64,000 nt of DNA from Aulosira sp. ZfuVER01 (GTDB taxonomy: Bacteria > Cyanobacteriota > Cyanobacteriia > Cyanobacteriales > Nostocaceae), in NCBI GenBank assembly GCA_034530615.2, contig JAVRCV020000019.1, forward strand, positions 71,416-135,415, given 5' to 3'. Position 1 is the first letter of the stretch. Each line of letters starts with the position of its first letter. Of this stretch, positions 42,040 through 53,100 are shown piece by piece. Position numbers and translations under genes: made by a program. The notes beneath the pieces were generated by a model that saw only the letters and a program-made list of their open reading frames with translations, made no database searches and was not told the DNA's origin.

Positions 42040-42666
42040 CTAGATTTGCACACCTCCAGCTTGAAAAATCTGTTCGGCGGTTAAATTCAATTCCGGGAAG
42101 GTGGGTGAGATGATGCGTTCCCCGTTTTGGAACTGTCGGATTTGGTATTCTCCCTCAACTAACGAGTAAACCGAGATAGTGGGTTGTTTGGGATTCCCAA
42201 TAAACCGCCTACCGCCTAAAGCAGCATAATCTACAATCCAGTATTCGGGAATTCCCACAGTTTCATAAGCAGCCACTTTTGTCAGATAATCATCACGCCA
42301 GTTAGTGCTGACTACTTCAATCACCAAGGGTATAGATTCAGCATGGCTTACAGTAGAGTCTTTTTTCCAGAGTGGTTCATTGGCTAAATTGGGGCGGTTT
42401 AATAACAGCACATCTGGCGAGTAAGCTGATTCACTCTCTAATGGTTTAACCAACGCTGTTTTGGGAATGATGTAGCTGAGATTTAAACGGATACACTCTC
42501 TAGTAATTTCAAAAACTAAAAATCCTATGACTTCTTCATGGTCGCCTGTTGGGGGTGGCATTTCGATTACTACTCCATCATGCAGTTCATAACGTTTGCC
42601 AGAGTTGTCTGGGTATTTGGCAACGAATTCATCGAATGTAACTAGTTTGCGTAAGGTTTGAGCCAT
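42040..42666 (-). CDS. Uma2 family endonuclease-fold protein
   Basis: RYELHDG, SPDV, LVIEVVSTNW, GIPEYWIVD motifs. Confidence 0.92.
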   Translation of the reverse strand: MAQTLRKLVTFDEFVAKYPDNSGKRYELHDGVVIEMPPPTGDHEEVIGFLVFEITRECIRLNLSYIIPKTALVKPLESESAYSPDVLLLNRPNLANEPLWKKDSTVSHAESIPLVIEVVSTNWRDDYLTKVAAYETVGIPEYWIVDYAALGGRRFIGNPKQPTISVYSLVEGEYQIRQFQNGERIISPTFPELNLTAEQIFQAGGVQI

Positions 42667-42861
42667 AAATTTATTGCCTTCTATATCGCTTCATTTGTCA
42701 TTTGTCATTTCTCCCTTCCCTCATCCCCCTTCCCTTGTCTCCCTTGTCTCCCTTGTCCCCCTTATCCTCCTCATCCCCTGTTCCTCTCTTAAATGCTTGC
42801 AATCAAAACATCGCGATCTATTATTGTTGGGTATCTTATCGTTGGCGATCGCATTAGACCG

Positions 42862-43866
42862 ATGATTGAAGTTGAGCATCTGAGTAAAATATATGGTTCT
42901 ACCCCAGCGATTTCTGATGTGACTTTTAACGTCGAACCTGGGGAGATTTTAGGGTTTTTGGGGCCGAATGGCGCTGGTAAAACTACTACTATGCGGATTT
43001 TAGCCGGTTACTTACCGGCAACTAAGGGCACGGCGAAGATTGCAGGCTTTGATGTCCACGATCAATCGTTAGCTGTACGCCAACGCATTGGTTATTTACC
43101 GGAAACACCGCCGTTATATCCAGAGATGACGGTGGAGGGATTTTTGCATTTTGTTGCCAGAATTAAGGGAGTATCCGCAGGCGATCGCAGTAATAAAGTG
43201 ACAGCCGCGATCGCGCGTTGTAATTTAGATGATAAGCGCAAGGTAATTATCCGCAAGCTTTCTAAAGGATATCGTCAAAGAGTCGGGATTGCTCAGGCGA
43301 TCGTCCACGATCCACCAGCGATTATTTTAGATGAACCGACGGTAGGACTTGACCCCCGGCAAATCATTGAGGTGCGGAATTTAATTAAAAGCCTCGCCGG
43401 CACTCACACAATCATTCTTTCTACGCACATTCTCCCAGAAGTGAGCATGACTTGTAACCGCGTTGCCATTATCAATCGCGGTAAGGTAGTCGCCACCAAT
43501 ACACCAGAGAATCTTATGACACAGTTGACAGGTGGCTCTGGGTATGAATTGGAGATTGAAGGAGAAGCTGCCCTAGCAAAACAAGTACTGCAAAATATAT
43601 CGGGTGTGAGTCTGGTAGAATCAATTCCGACGGCGGGGATTTATCACCCACCGCAAGCAAACCGCGCCTATTTGCGGATAATATCGCAACCGGGAACCGA
43701 ACCGGGAAAAGATATCGCCACAACATTGGTACGTTCGGGATTCGCTTTACATGAAATGCGGCGTGTCAGCGCTACCTTAGAAGATGTGTTCTTGCAACTG
43801 ACCACAGAAGAAAAGAATTTAGAGTCTATACAAGACTCAGCAACCACAGAAGGAGAAGCCGCGTAG
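42862..43866 (+). CDS. ABC transporter ATP-binding protein (GldA-like)
   Basis: GPNGAGKTT, LSKGYRQR, ILDEPTVGLDP, STH; start placed at ATG 42862. Confidence 0.93.
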   Translation: MIEVEHLSKIYGSTPAISDVTFNVEPGEILGFLGPNGAGKTTTMRILAGYLPATKGTAKIAGFDVHDQSLAVRQRIGYLPETPPLYPEMTVEGFLHFVARIKGVSAGDRSNKVTAAIARCNLDDKRKVIIRKLSKGYRQRVGIAQAIVHDPPAIILDEPTVGLDPRQIIEVRNLIKSLAGTHTIILSTHILPEVSMTCNRVAIINRGKVVATNTPENLMTQLTGGSGYELEIEGEAALAKQVLQNISGVSLVESIPTAGIYHPPQANRAYLRIISQPGTEPGKDIATTLVRSGFALHEMRRVSATLEDVFLQLTTEEKNLESIQDSATTEGEAA

Positions 43867-44679
43867 ATGGGTATAGTACTGAGTAATATTATCGCCATTT
43901 ATCGCCGGGAATTGCAGAGTTACTTTGTATCGCCTTTAGCTTATGTAATTGCTGGCATATTCTGGTTTTTATCTGGGTTGTTCTTAGTCATGATTTTGCT
44001 AGGGCCAGATGGGATTTTGCCAACCATCGCCGCCATAGAATTACAAGGACAACAAATGAGTGTACCTATACCGCCAATTGATGTCCCTTATGAATTTCTG
44101 CGAGCATTTTTAGACCGCATGGGGTGGCTATTATTATTTGTGCTGCCAATTCTCTCAATGGGACTTTATGCCGAAGAACGCAAGCGGGGCACTTTAGAAC
44201 TGTTAGCTACGTCACCAGTTACAAACTGGGCGGTAGCTGTTGGTAAATTATTAGGGGTGCTGACTTTTTTTATCACAATGATTGTGCCCTTAATAGCAAT
44301 TGAAGCGTTTGTGATTAGCGGCTCAAATCCACCAATGCCACCGACAATTCTTTTGTTAGGCCATTTTGGATTAATCTTGCTAGCAGCAGCAATTTTATCT
44401 TTGGGAATGTTTATTTCATCATTAACAGACAGTACAATTCTCTCTGCGGTTTTCACCTTTGCAGTCATTTTACTGCTGTTATTCGTTGAATTAATTGCTA
44501 AAACTGTCCCTGGCCCTATAGGCGAAGCTTTGAGCTATATATCTTTACTGAAGCATTTCAACACTCTTATTCAAGGCATTTTTGATACCAGCGCCATAAT
44601 TTTATTTGCTAGTTACATTTTTCTAGGTATCTTTCTGACATCTCAATCAATTGATGCATTGCGTTTTCAAAGGCAGTAG
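43867..44679 (+). CDS. ABC-2 permease (GldF-like)
   Basis: RRELQSYFVSP, AEERKRGTLELL motifs; six TM helices. Confidence 0.9.
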   Translation: MGIVLSNIIAIYRRELQSYFVSPLAYVIAGIFWFLSGLFLVMILLGPDGILPTIAAIELQGQQMSVPIPPIDVPYEFLRAFLDRMGWLLLFVLPILSMGLYAEERKRGTLELLATSPVTNWAVAVGKLLGVLTFFITMIVPLIAIEAFVISGSNPPMPPTILLLGHFGLILLAAAILSLGMFISSLTDSTILSAVFTFAVILLLLFVELIAKTVPGPIGEALSYISLLKHFNTLIQGIFDTSAIILFASYIFLGIFLTSQSIDALRFQRQ

Positions 44680-44802
44680 TCAATAGTCCAAAGTCAATAG
44701 TCAAAAGTCCAAAGTTTAGAGTTAATAGTCCAAAGTCAAATGACTAATAACCCTTGACTCTTGACCATTGACCATCAACAATTGACCCTTGACCCTTGAC
44801 TC

Positions 44803-46587
44803 TTGACAAATAACATGAATATCGTCCCTAAAAAGAAACTTTGGAAATATCTGTTTTGGCTTGGCCCTTTTCTATTAGTTGCGGGCTTAACTTCGGGGTT
44901 AGTTGCATCAAACTGGGGGCCAATTTCCTTAGCATTGCTAATTACTGGAATTGCGATCGTTGGGTTGTGGATGATCGTGCAAAGCCAAGAAAGTCAATGG
45001 TGGAAGCAACGTTCAACCCAAGCAGGAACTAATGCTTTGGTGGCGACCATAGCAGTATTGGCAATTTTGGGTCTAATCAACTTTTTGGGTACTCGTTACC
45101 ACTATCGGGCAGATTTAACAGAAACTCAATTATTTACCTTGGCTCCCCAATCGCGGGAATTAGTGAATAATTTAGGACAACCCGTTAAAGTCTGGATTTT
45201 TGATGTTAATCAGAATCCTCAAGACCAAGACTTGCTAGAAAATTATCGCAGGCAAAGCTCAAAGTTTCAATTTGAGTACGTCGATCCGCAAGCTAGACCA
45301 GGATTGGCAGAAAAGTTTGGCGTCAAAGATTATGGAGAAGTTTACTTAGAATCGCAAGATAAAAGACAGTTAGTACAAGTAGTAAATCAAAATGAACGAC
45401 TGTCAGAAATTCGGTTAACTAATCGCCTACAACAAATCGCTACTGCCAACTCAGCTAAAGTTTACTTCCTCCAAGGTCACGGCGAACACCAACTTAATGC
45501 AGCTGAAGGTGGAATCTCTCAAGCAGTCCAGGGATTAACTGATAAAAATTTCACAACCTCGCCATTGAATTTAGTAGAACAGTCCAAAGTTCCGGATGAT
45601 GCGGCGGTGGTGGTAGTAGCAGGCCCAAAACGAGAATTATTTGAGGGTGAAGTGAAAGCTTTAAGCGAATACCTCAATCGCGGTGGTAACTTATTGCTGA
45701 TGATTGACCCTGGTAGCGACCCCAAACTCGACAACTTACTCAAAGATTGGGGTGTTCGCCTGGATAATCGTTTAGCTGTTGATGTTTCTGGGAGTGCGGC
45801 AAAATTTGGGCCAGCAGTTCCAATCATTACAGAATACGGACAACATCCAATTACTAAAGATTTCGGTAACGGCAGTTCTTATTATCGGTTTGCACGTCCT
45901 GTAGAAACTACTCCGGTAGCTGGTGTTGAATCTACTCCCCTGTTACGGACTAAACCCTATCCCAACAGCTGGGCAGAAAGCGACCTGCAAAGCGAAAAAT
46001 TAGAGTTTAATGCTGACAAAGACATGAAAGGCCCCTTAACTTTGGGTGTGGCTTTAAAGAAACAACTACCAGCACCATCAGCAACTCAGCCTAGCCCCAC
46101 ACCTTCACCATTACCATCACCGACAACTCAAGGTAAAGCGACACCTTCAGCATCACCGATTGCTAGAGGTCAAGCAAAACCAAATACCACTGCTTCGCCT
46201 ACGCCTTCCGCGCTACCATTACCAACCACCGCTAGTCAAGCCAGCCCAACTCCTAATCCTTTACCTAGTCCCACTCTTTCTGCACCCCCAACCGAGAAGC
46301 CAGCAGGAAAAACTGCAACTGAATCAAGGTTAGTGGTAATCGGAAATTCAGATTTTGCTACCAATGGCTTCTTTGACCGACAACTAAATGGCGATGTATT
46401 CCTCAACTCAGTCACTTGGCTAAGTCAACAGGATCAGCAACCCTTATCAATTCGCCCCAAAGAAGCCAAAAACCGTCGCCTTGATATCTCAGCCCCGAAA
46501 GCTGGTCTTTTAACATTATTGTCTTTACTACTTCTACCCTTGATTGGGTTATTGGGAGCATCTTTGATTTGGTGGAAACGACGTTGA
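44803..46587 (+). CDS. GldG-family ABC auxiliary protein
   Basis: DLTETQLFTL, YFLQGHGEH, VVAGPK, VIGNSDF, NSVTWL; Pro/Thr/Ser-rich insert; start may be ATG 44815. Confidence 0.88.
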   Translation: MTNNMNIVPKKKLWKYLFWLGPFLLVAGLTSGLVASNWGPISLALLITGIAIVGLWMIVQSQESQWWKQRSTQAGTNALVATIAVLAILGLINFLGTRYHYRADLTETQLFTLAPQSRELVNNLGQPVKVWIFDVNQNPQDQDLLENYRRQSSKFQFEYVDPQARPGLAEKFGVKDYGEVYLESQDKRQLVQVVNQNERLSEIRLTNRLQQIATANSAKVYFLQGHGEHQLNAAEGGISQAVQGLTDKNFTTSPLNLVEQSKVPDDAAVVVVAGPKRELFEGEVKALSEYLNRGGNLLLMIDPGSDPKLDNLLKDWGVRLDNRLAVDVSGSAAKFGPAVPIITEYGQHPITKDFGNGSSYYRFARPVETTPVAGVESTPLLRTKPYPNSWAESDLQSEKLEFNADKDMKGPLTLGVALKKQLPAPSATQPSPTPSPLPSPTTQGKATPSASPIARGQAKPNTTASPTPSALPLPTTASQASPTPNPLPSPTLSAPPTEKPAGKTATESRLVVIGNSDFATNGFFDRQLNGDVFLNSVTWLSQQDQQPLSIRPKEAKNRRLDISAPKAGLLTLLSLLLLPLIGLLGASLIWWKRR

Positions 46588-46595
46588 GGAGGATG

Positions 46596-46660
46596 AGGGG
46601 ACAAGGGGACAAGGGGACAAGGGGACAAGGGGACAAGGGGGACAAGGGGGACAAGGGGGA
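46596..46660. repeat. (GGGGACAA)n tandem repeat
   Basis: Directly visible 8-9 bp tandem units. Confidence 0.88.
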
Positions 46661-46720
46661 AATCATTAATAACCATTGCCTATTGACCAATACCCAATGA
46701 CAAAGGACAAATGACAAAAA

Positions 46721-47344
46721 ATGAAATTTTCGCGAACGACTTTAATTTTGCTATTGCTAGCGCTGGGTTTGGGTAGTTTTGTTTACTTCTATGAAATTCG
46801 CGGGGGGACTCAGCGAGAAGAAGTTAAGGAGAAACAGCAGCAGGTTTTCTCTTTTACAGCAGATGATGTGCAGTCTTTGTCAATTACGACTCAAAAGAAT
46901 GCCTTAACTCTGGAACGGAACGCCCAGGATAGCCAGCCGAAATGGTTGCTGAAATCTCCAGTGTCAGAGCCAGCGAATGATGCTATTGTTTCTTATTTGA
47001 TGGATTTGTTGGTTAAGGGTAAGAGCGATCGCACTTTATCAATCCCAGCTAGTCAAAAGGGAGATTTCGGTTTAGATCAACCCCAAGCCACTATTAATAT
47101 CAGCCTGAAAAATCAAAAAAGCCATCAATTACTGTTAGGGAAGTCTGACTTTAACCGCCGTTTTTTATACGTGCAAGCTGACCCAACGGTAAAACCCGAT
47201 GGTAATATAGATGTTCTGTTGGTATCTACAGACTTTGAAAATGCAGTAAATCGTGATTTATCAGAGTGGAAACAACCCGCAGCTAATAGCGATAAAACAT
47301 CTCTTCCAAGCCCAGGTGAACCGACTCCAGCACCCAGCAAATAA
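46721..47344 (+). CDS. DUF4340 domain protein
   Basis: N-terminal TM, W..P..PAN, FGLDQP motif; typical fourth gene of Gld-like ABC operons. Confidence 0.8.
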   Translation: MKFSRTTLILLLLALGLGSFVYFYEIRGGTQREEVKEKQQQVFSFTADDVQSLSITTQKNALTLERNAQDSQPKWLLKSPVSEPANDAIVSYLMDLLVKGKSDRTLSIPASQKGDFGLDQPQATINISLKNQKSHQLLLGKSDFNRRFLYVQADPTVKPDGNIDVLLVSTDFENAVNRDLSEWKQPAANSDKTSLPSPGEPTPAPSK

Positions 47345-47505
47345 TGGGGTACAGGCAGGAGACAAGAGGGACAAGGAGGATGGGGGAGTGTGGGGAGAGA
47401 GGGGAGAAACGAACCACACTTTCTTTATTAGCTCCCACCCGTCTTCCCTATCCTCCCACACTTTCCACACTCCTTGTTTGCCCCATGCCCAATGCCCAAT
47501 AACAA

Positions 47506-48360
47506 ATGACAAACCCAACAGCAACATTGCTCATTTCCTGCCCCGATCAACGGGGTTTAGTAGCGAAAATTGCTAACTTTATCTATGCTAATGGCGGCAA
47601 TATTATTCATGCAGATCAGCACACAGATTTTGCCGCCGGGTTGTTTCTCACGCGGATTGAATGGCAGTTACAGGGGTTTAATCTGCCACGGGATTTAATT
47701 GGGCCGGCATTTAATGCGATCGCGCAGCCTTTAGGCGCTAAGTGGGAACTACACTTTTCTGATACCATACCACGCATTGCTATTTGGGTCAGCAAGCAAG
47801 ACCATTGTCTATTTGACTTGATTTGGCGACAACGTGCTAAAGAATTTGTCGCAGAACTACCTTTAATTATTAGCAACCATGCCGATCTAAAAGTAGTAGC
47901 AGAGCAATTTAATATTGATTACCATCACATTCCCATCACTAAAGACAACAAAGCAGAGCAGGAAATTAAGCAATTAGAATTACTACACCAGTACAAAATT
48001 GATGTAGTTGTCTTGGCGAAATATATGCAAATTGTCAGTGCGGATTTTATTAATAAGTTTCCCCAAATTATTAATATTCATCATTCATTTTTACCTGCTT
48101 TTGTGGGAGCTAATCCTTATCACCGAGCTTTTGAGCGTGGCGTAAAAATTATTGGTGCAACGGCGCATTATGCCACTGCTGATTTAGATGCCGGGCCAAT
48201 TATTGAACAAGATGTAGTGCGAGTTAGCCACCGCGATGCAGTGGAAGATTTAATTAGAAAAGGCAAGGATTTAGAGCGAGTTGTGTTAGCCAGAGCAGTG
48301 CGATCGCATTTGCAAAACCGCGTCTTGGTGTATGGAAATCGGACAGTAGTCTTTGAATAA
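47506..48360 (+). CDS. purU: formyltetrahydrofolate deformylase
   Basis: N-terminal ACT CPDQRGLVA, LAKYMQI, INIHHSFLP, DAGPIIEQ. Confidence 0.96.
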   Translation: MTNPTATLLISCPDQRGLVAKIANFIYANGGNIIHADQHTDFAAGLFLTRIEWQLQGFNLPRDLIGPAFNAIAQPLGAKWELHFSDTIPRIAIWVSKQDHCLFDLIWRQRAKEFVAELPLIISNHADLKVVAEQFNIDYHHIPITKDNKAEQEIKQLELLHQYKIDVVVLAKYMQIVSADFINKFPQIINIHHSFLPAFVGANPYHRAFERGVKIIGATAHYATADLDAGPIIEQDVVRVSHRDAVEDLIRKGKDLERVVLARAVRSHLQNRVLVYGNRTVVFE

Positions 48361-48489
48361 TGCAGATTTATTCTTTTTTCTTAAGCAAGAATGGCTACTC
48401 AGATCCCCGAATTCTTCAAAAAGTCGGGGAGCTAAATCCACTTACATATATTTAGATTTTTTCAAATATAAAATTGGCTGGCGATAAAT

Positions 48490-50130
48490 CTATGCTGATA
48501 TTTGCAATGGTAGTTGAAGTATGAATGTTGTCAAACTCTGAGTACTTGTAACTTCAATTGTACCTTGCAGATGTCCCACTAGCTTTTTAACTAATGCTAA
48601 CCCCAATCCTGTACCTGTCTCTTGTGTAAGCTCGCTTTGAGCTATCTGGTAATCTGATTCAAATATAGTAAATTTTTCTTTTGTCTTACTTTTGAGAATG
48701 CGGTAAAACGGTTCAAAGATGAGAGATTTTTCTTTTGCCGGAATTTCAACACCAGAATTGCTAATGATAATTTGTACACTAAGAACTTCCGATTGTGTAT
48801 TTTCATCGGGAAGTTGGACATTTACCGTAATCTGTTCGCCAGCAGGAGTGTATTTACAAGCGTTGTTGAGCAATTCCGATACAATTCGCGTTAGCAGCGC
48901 TAAGTCTGAAACTAAAGGTGGTAAATCTGGAGGGATGTTAATTTCTAGAATTTGTTGTTGAGCTTGAGCTAATTCCTGAAAAGTCTCAGCAATATGAGGT
49001 AGCCAGGATTGCAGCTGAATAGAAGTTAATTCTAAGGGACAGATATCTGCGTCAATCATCCGCATTTCCAGCAAATCATCTACGAGATTTAGCTCCCGTT
49101 CGCACTGGTCACGTAAGATATTTAAATATTGAGTTACAGACTCCGATGCAGCAACTCCCTTTGAGTTCAAAATGCTGGGCTTATCCAGAATATTTTCTAG
49201 CATAGAAATTGCCATTTTGATGTGTGACAAAGGTGTGCGCATTTCATGAGAGGTGGTTGCTAAAAAATCCTCTTTTAACTTGTTTAGCCGTTGGATTTCT
49301 GCCATTTGAGTTTCTAGTTGCAGAGCGCGTTCAGCAGCAAGATTGCGTTCTTCGGCTAGCCTTCTTTGGGTGTCATCCCTAAAAACCATGACGGCTCCTG
49401 CTACTGCACCATTGTTGTCTCTCAGCGGAGTAGCGCTATCAGCTATTGGGGTTGTTGTGCCGTTTTTGGCAATAAGTAGGATGCGATTGTTGACATAAAT
49501 CGGGGTTTGGGTTTGCAGCGCTGAGATGATGGGATTCTCTACTGTCACCTGAGTTTGTTCATCAATGAGTTGGCAGACTTCGCTCAACATCTGGTCTTTT
49601 GCTTCCTCTAATCGCCACCCTGTTAGGACTTCAGCTACTTGATTGAGGTATTTGACACGTAACTCAGTATCAACAACAATTACTCCATCTCCCATTCCCC
49701 GCAGAACAGTACTCAAAAATTGCTCGCGTTCATAGCGATTGAGCGCTGTTTGAATAGCAACATACAGTTCTTGCTCTCTAATTGGTTTGAGAATATAACC
49801 AAAGGGAGATGTCAGCGTTGCTCGCTCTACGGTACTTTGATCGGAATGTCCAGTGACATAAATTACGGGAATTTGTAAGGTATTCCAAATTTGCTCTGCT
49901 GCTTGGATACCGTCCATTTCCCCTCGTAACCGAATATCCATGAGAATCAAGTTTGGTCGTAGCGCAGTTGCTTTTTCAATTGCTGCTGTTGCTGAATCTG
50001 CAATATCTATGACTGTGTATCCAAGGGATTCTAAACTTTCTTGTAAGTTGATAGCAAGAATAAATTCATCTTCAACAACAAGGACTTGAATTTTCTTAGA
50101 TGTATCTTTGTTTGAAGAGATACTTGTCAT
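48490..50130 (-). CDS. hybrid REC-PAS-histidine kinase
   Basis: VVEDE / ILMDIRL / KP receiver; PAS; SHEMRTPL; ELLNNACKY; GTGLGL. Confidence 0.93.
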   Translation of the reverse strand: MTSISSNKDTSKKIQVLVVEDEFILAINLQESLESLGYTVIDIADSATAAIEKATALRPNLILMDIRLRGEMDGIQAAEQIWNTLQIPVIYVTGHSDQSTVERATLTSPFGYILKPIREQELYVAIQTALNRYEREQFLSTVLRGMGDGVIVVDTELRVKYLNQVAEVLTGWRLEEAKDQMLSEVCQLIDEQTQVTVENPIISALQTQTPIYVNNRILLIAKNGTTTPIADSATPLRDNNGAVAGAVMVFRDDTQRRLAEERNLAAERALQLETQMAEIQRLNKLKEDFLATTSHEMRTPLSHIKMAISMLENILDKPSILNSKGVAASESVTQYLNILRDQCERELNLVDDLLEMRMIDADICPLELTSIQLQSWLPHIAETFQELAQAQQQILEINIPPDLPPLVSDLALLTRIVSELLNNACKYTPAGEQITVNVQLPDENTQSEVLSVQIIISNSGVEIPAKEKSLIFEPFYRILKSKTKEKFTIFESDYQIAQSELTQETGTGLGLALVKKLVGHLQGTIEVTSTQSLTTFILQLPLQISA

Positions 50131-50133
50131 AAT

Positions 50134-53100
50134 TTATGTCCTGCTTTTTGTAAAAGTAATTTTAAATTCTGTTCCCTGTTGGCAGTTAATTTCGATGCGT
50201 CCTCTTAATTGTTTTACTAAACCGTGGACAAGGGTAATACCTAGAGTTTTTGTTTTGTTTCTATCAAAATCCTCAGGTAGCCCAATTCCATTATCTCGAA
50301 TCATGAGTATCAAAGTGCGTTGATGCAAACTTGATTCATAAGAGTCTTGTTCTTGATATAAATTAACCTGAATTTCACCTTGGCGACGCTCGGGAAAGGC
50401 ATATTTTAAAGCATTAGAAACCAGTTCATTAATAATTAAGCCACAAGGAATTGCAGTTTCAATATCTAAGCTAACATCATCAACTTTGATATTCAGTTTT
50501 ACAGAGCCAGAACTGATGTTATAAGAATCAAATAAATGAGTTGTTAAATCTGGAATGTACTGAGCAAAATCAATATTTGCTAAGTCTTCAGAACGGTAAA
50601 GTTTTTCATGAACTAAAGCAATGGAGGCAATCCGGTTTTGGCTATCGCGGAGAATGGCTGTAGCTTGAGGATCTTGTGTACGTCTGCATTGCATTTGGAG
50701 CAAACTACTGACAATTCCTAAGTTATTCTTCACACGGTGGTGAATTTCCTTGAGCAATACTTCTTTTTCTTTTAAAGAAGCTTTGATTTTTTCTTCTGCT
50801 GCTTTATGCTCGGTAACATCTTGTTGAACACAAACTATCACTGTTCCATATTCAGGATGTTCAAAAATAGATGCAGTCGCACTACACCACAAGGGAGTGC
50901 CATCTTTCTTGACATTATGAACTTCATAGGTGGCTGCGCCATGTTCGATAACGGAAGCGATAATTGCTGCTTTTACTTGTTCAGCATGAGTTTGTTCATC
51001 TTCATAATTAATAATCGAAACATTCTGACCGAATAATTCCCCAACATCATAGCCAAACATCTGCTCGAATTTAGGGTTGGCATAAACAATCATTCCATCA
51101 GTGGCTCGTACTAAGCAAATTCCTTCTGCCATGCTGCGAGTAATAACTGCTTGTAACTCCAGCATTTTTTGAGCGCTTTTATGTTCAGTAATATTAACGC
51201 TACTACCAACAATCCGGTATGTGCGTAAGTTTTCGTCTTTTAGTGGAGTTAGGGTGGTAATCCACCAGCTTTCCTGTTTGTTTTTAAAAGGTAAACATTC
51301 TTCATAGGTAATGGTTGTTCCTGCATTGATGCAATCTTGATAGTGCTGTCGCACAACTGCTGCTGCATTTGGAGGGAGAAAATCCTCTGGAGTTTTACCT
51401 TGCACATTGTCACTACAAAAACCTGTGATATCTTCGTGAACTGGGTTAACACTCACAAAACGAAAATCATCATCCAGAACATCTACAACAAAAATCGACT
51501 GTCCTACCCCGTGGTAAATACTGCGTAAAAAGTTTTCCTGCTCCTGAAGGGTTTGTTCTGCTAGTTTACGATCGCTAATATCAAATGCTATTCCTTGCAG
51601 AATTGGTGTTTTGCCATCTGGTGCTAGCACAAGGCTGGCTTGATCCTTCACCCATATCATGTCACCGTCAGCTGTGAAAAGGCGATACTCCAGATTCACA
51701 GGTTTGCCAGATGCAATTGCATTTTGAATGCTGTCTATGACGCGATCGCGATCTTCTGGATGCACATAGTCCGCCCAACTGTTAAAGAAGCCAGCATTCC
51801 ACTGTTCGGGGGGAATCTTGAGCATTTTCTCAATTTGCGGGCTAATGTAAGTAAATTCCGTAGTGGCTGAGATTGGTGAAGTGTAGACCACGCCGGGAAT
51901 CTGTTCGACTAAAGTCCGGTATCGTAACTCGGCTTGTCTGAGCTTTTCTTCTGATTCTATGCGATCGCTAATATCAATGATCACACCCAGCATTCTGATA
52001 GGATTACCTGCTTGGTCGTAAATCCCGCGTCCTTTGCCTAGCAGCCAACGAACTGTGCCATCAGGATAAATTACCCGAAATTCTGCTTCATAATTTGTAT
52101 GCTGTGCCAGTGCATTGAATAAACTTTGTTCAACTCGCTTGCCATCTTCTGGATGAACGCGATCGCGCCATAGTTGATATGATGGTGCTGCGACTCCCGG
52201 CTCTAAGCCTAGTAAGCGATAATGGTTGTCATTCCAAATCACTTCTTGGGTTTGCATATTCCAGTCCCAGATGCCGATAGCGTTAAATTCTAACGTTAGC
52301 CTTAATTGTTCTTCACTTTTGGCTAAGGCGGCTTCGGCTTGCTTACGAGCAGTGATATCTGAAATTCGTACCAAGATCGTTACTTGACCAGCAACAGTTA
52401 TTTGCTTGACAGCGATACTTCCCCAAAAGGAATTGCCCTGCTTGGTGAGATATTCAATTTCTCGACTCCAAAACCCCTGCTGGTTAATTTCTGCGATAAT
52501 AGCTGCTGATTCTTCAGGAGTGAAGTCACGTTTTTGCAGGACTTTACCATTAATCCCCAGAAGTTCAGCTTTGCTAGAGGCTTGAAAAAGTTGTACTGCG
52601 CGATCGTTGCAGTCAGTATTCAGTAGCGTTTCTGTATCAACTAAAAATAGAGCATCAGTGGATTCATTATAGATAACTTCTCGCAAATCGCGGCTCTTGG
52701 TAATTTCTAACTCAGTTTGTTTACGTTCTGTAATATCGATAATGGCTCCCAAGAATTTAACTACTTGCCCTTGAGAGTCATGAATTAACTCGGCTCTAGA
52801 CTCTACATGGCGTACTGAACCATCAGGGCGAATAATGCGATACTCGAAATTGAATGGTATTTTGTGAGCGATCGCCTGCTGCTGCTGAGTTTGCACGGCT
52901 GCACGATCTTCGGGGTGAATCATCTGGAAAAATTCCGCCGTGGTTGGTTCTGACTGACTGGGATCGAGACCAAAAATGCGGAAAGTTTCTGCTGACCAAT
53001 GGCGATCGTGAGTTTGTACATTCAATTCCCAACTACCCACATGGGCTATTTGTTGGGCAGTGGCTAATTGCGCTTCACTCTGGGAAATTTTTTCTTCAGC

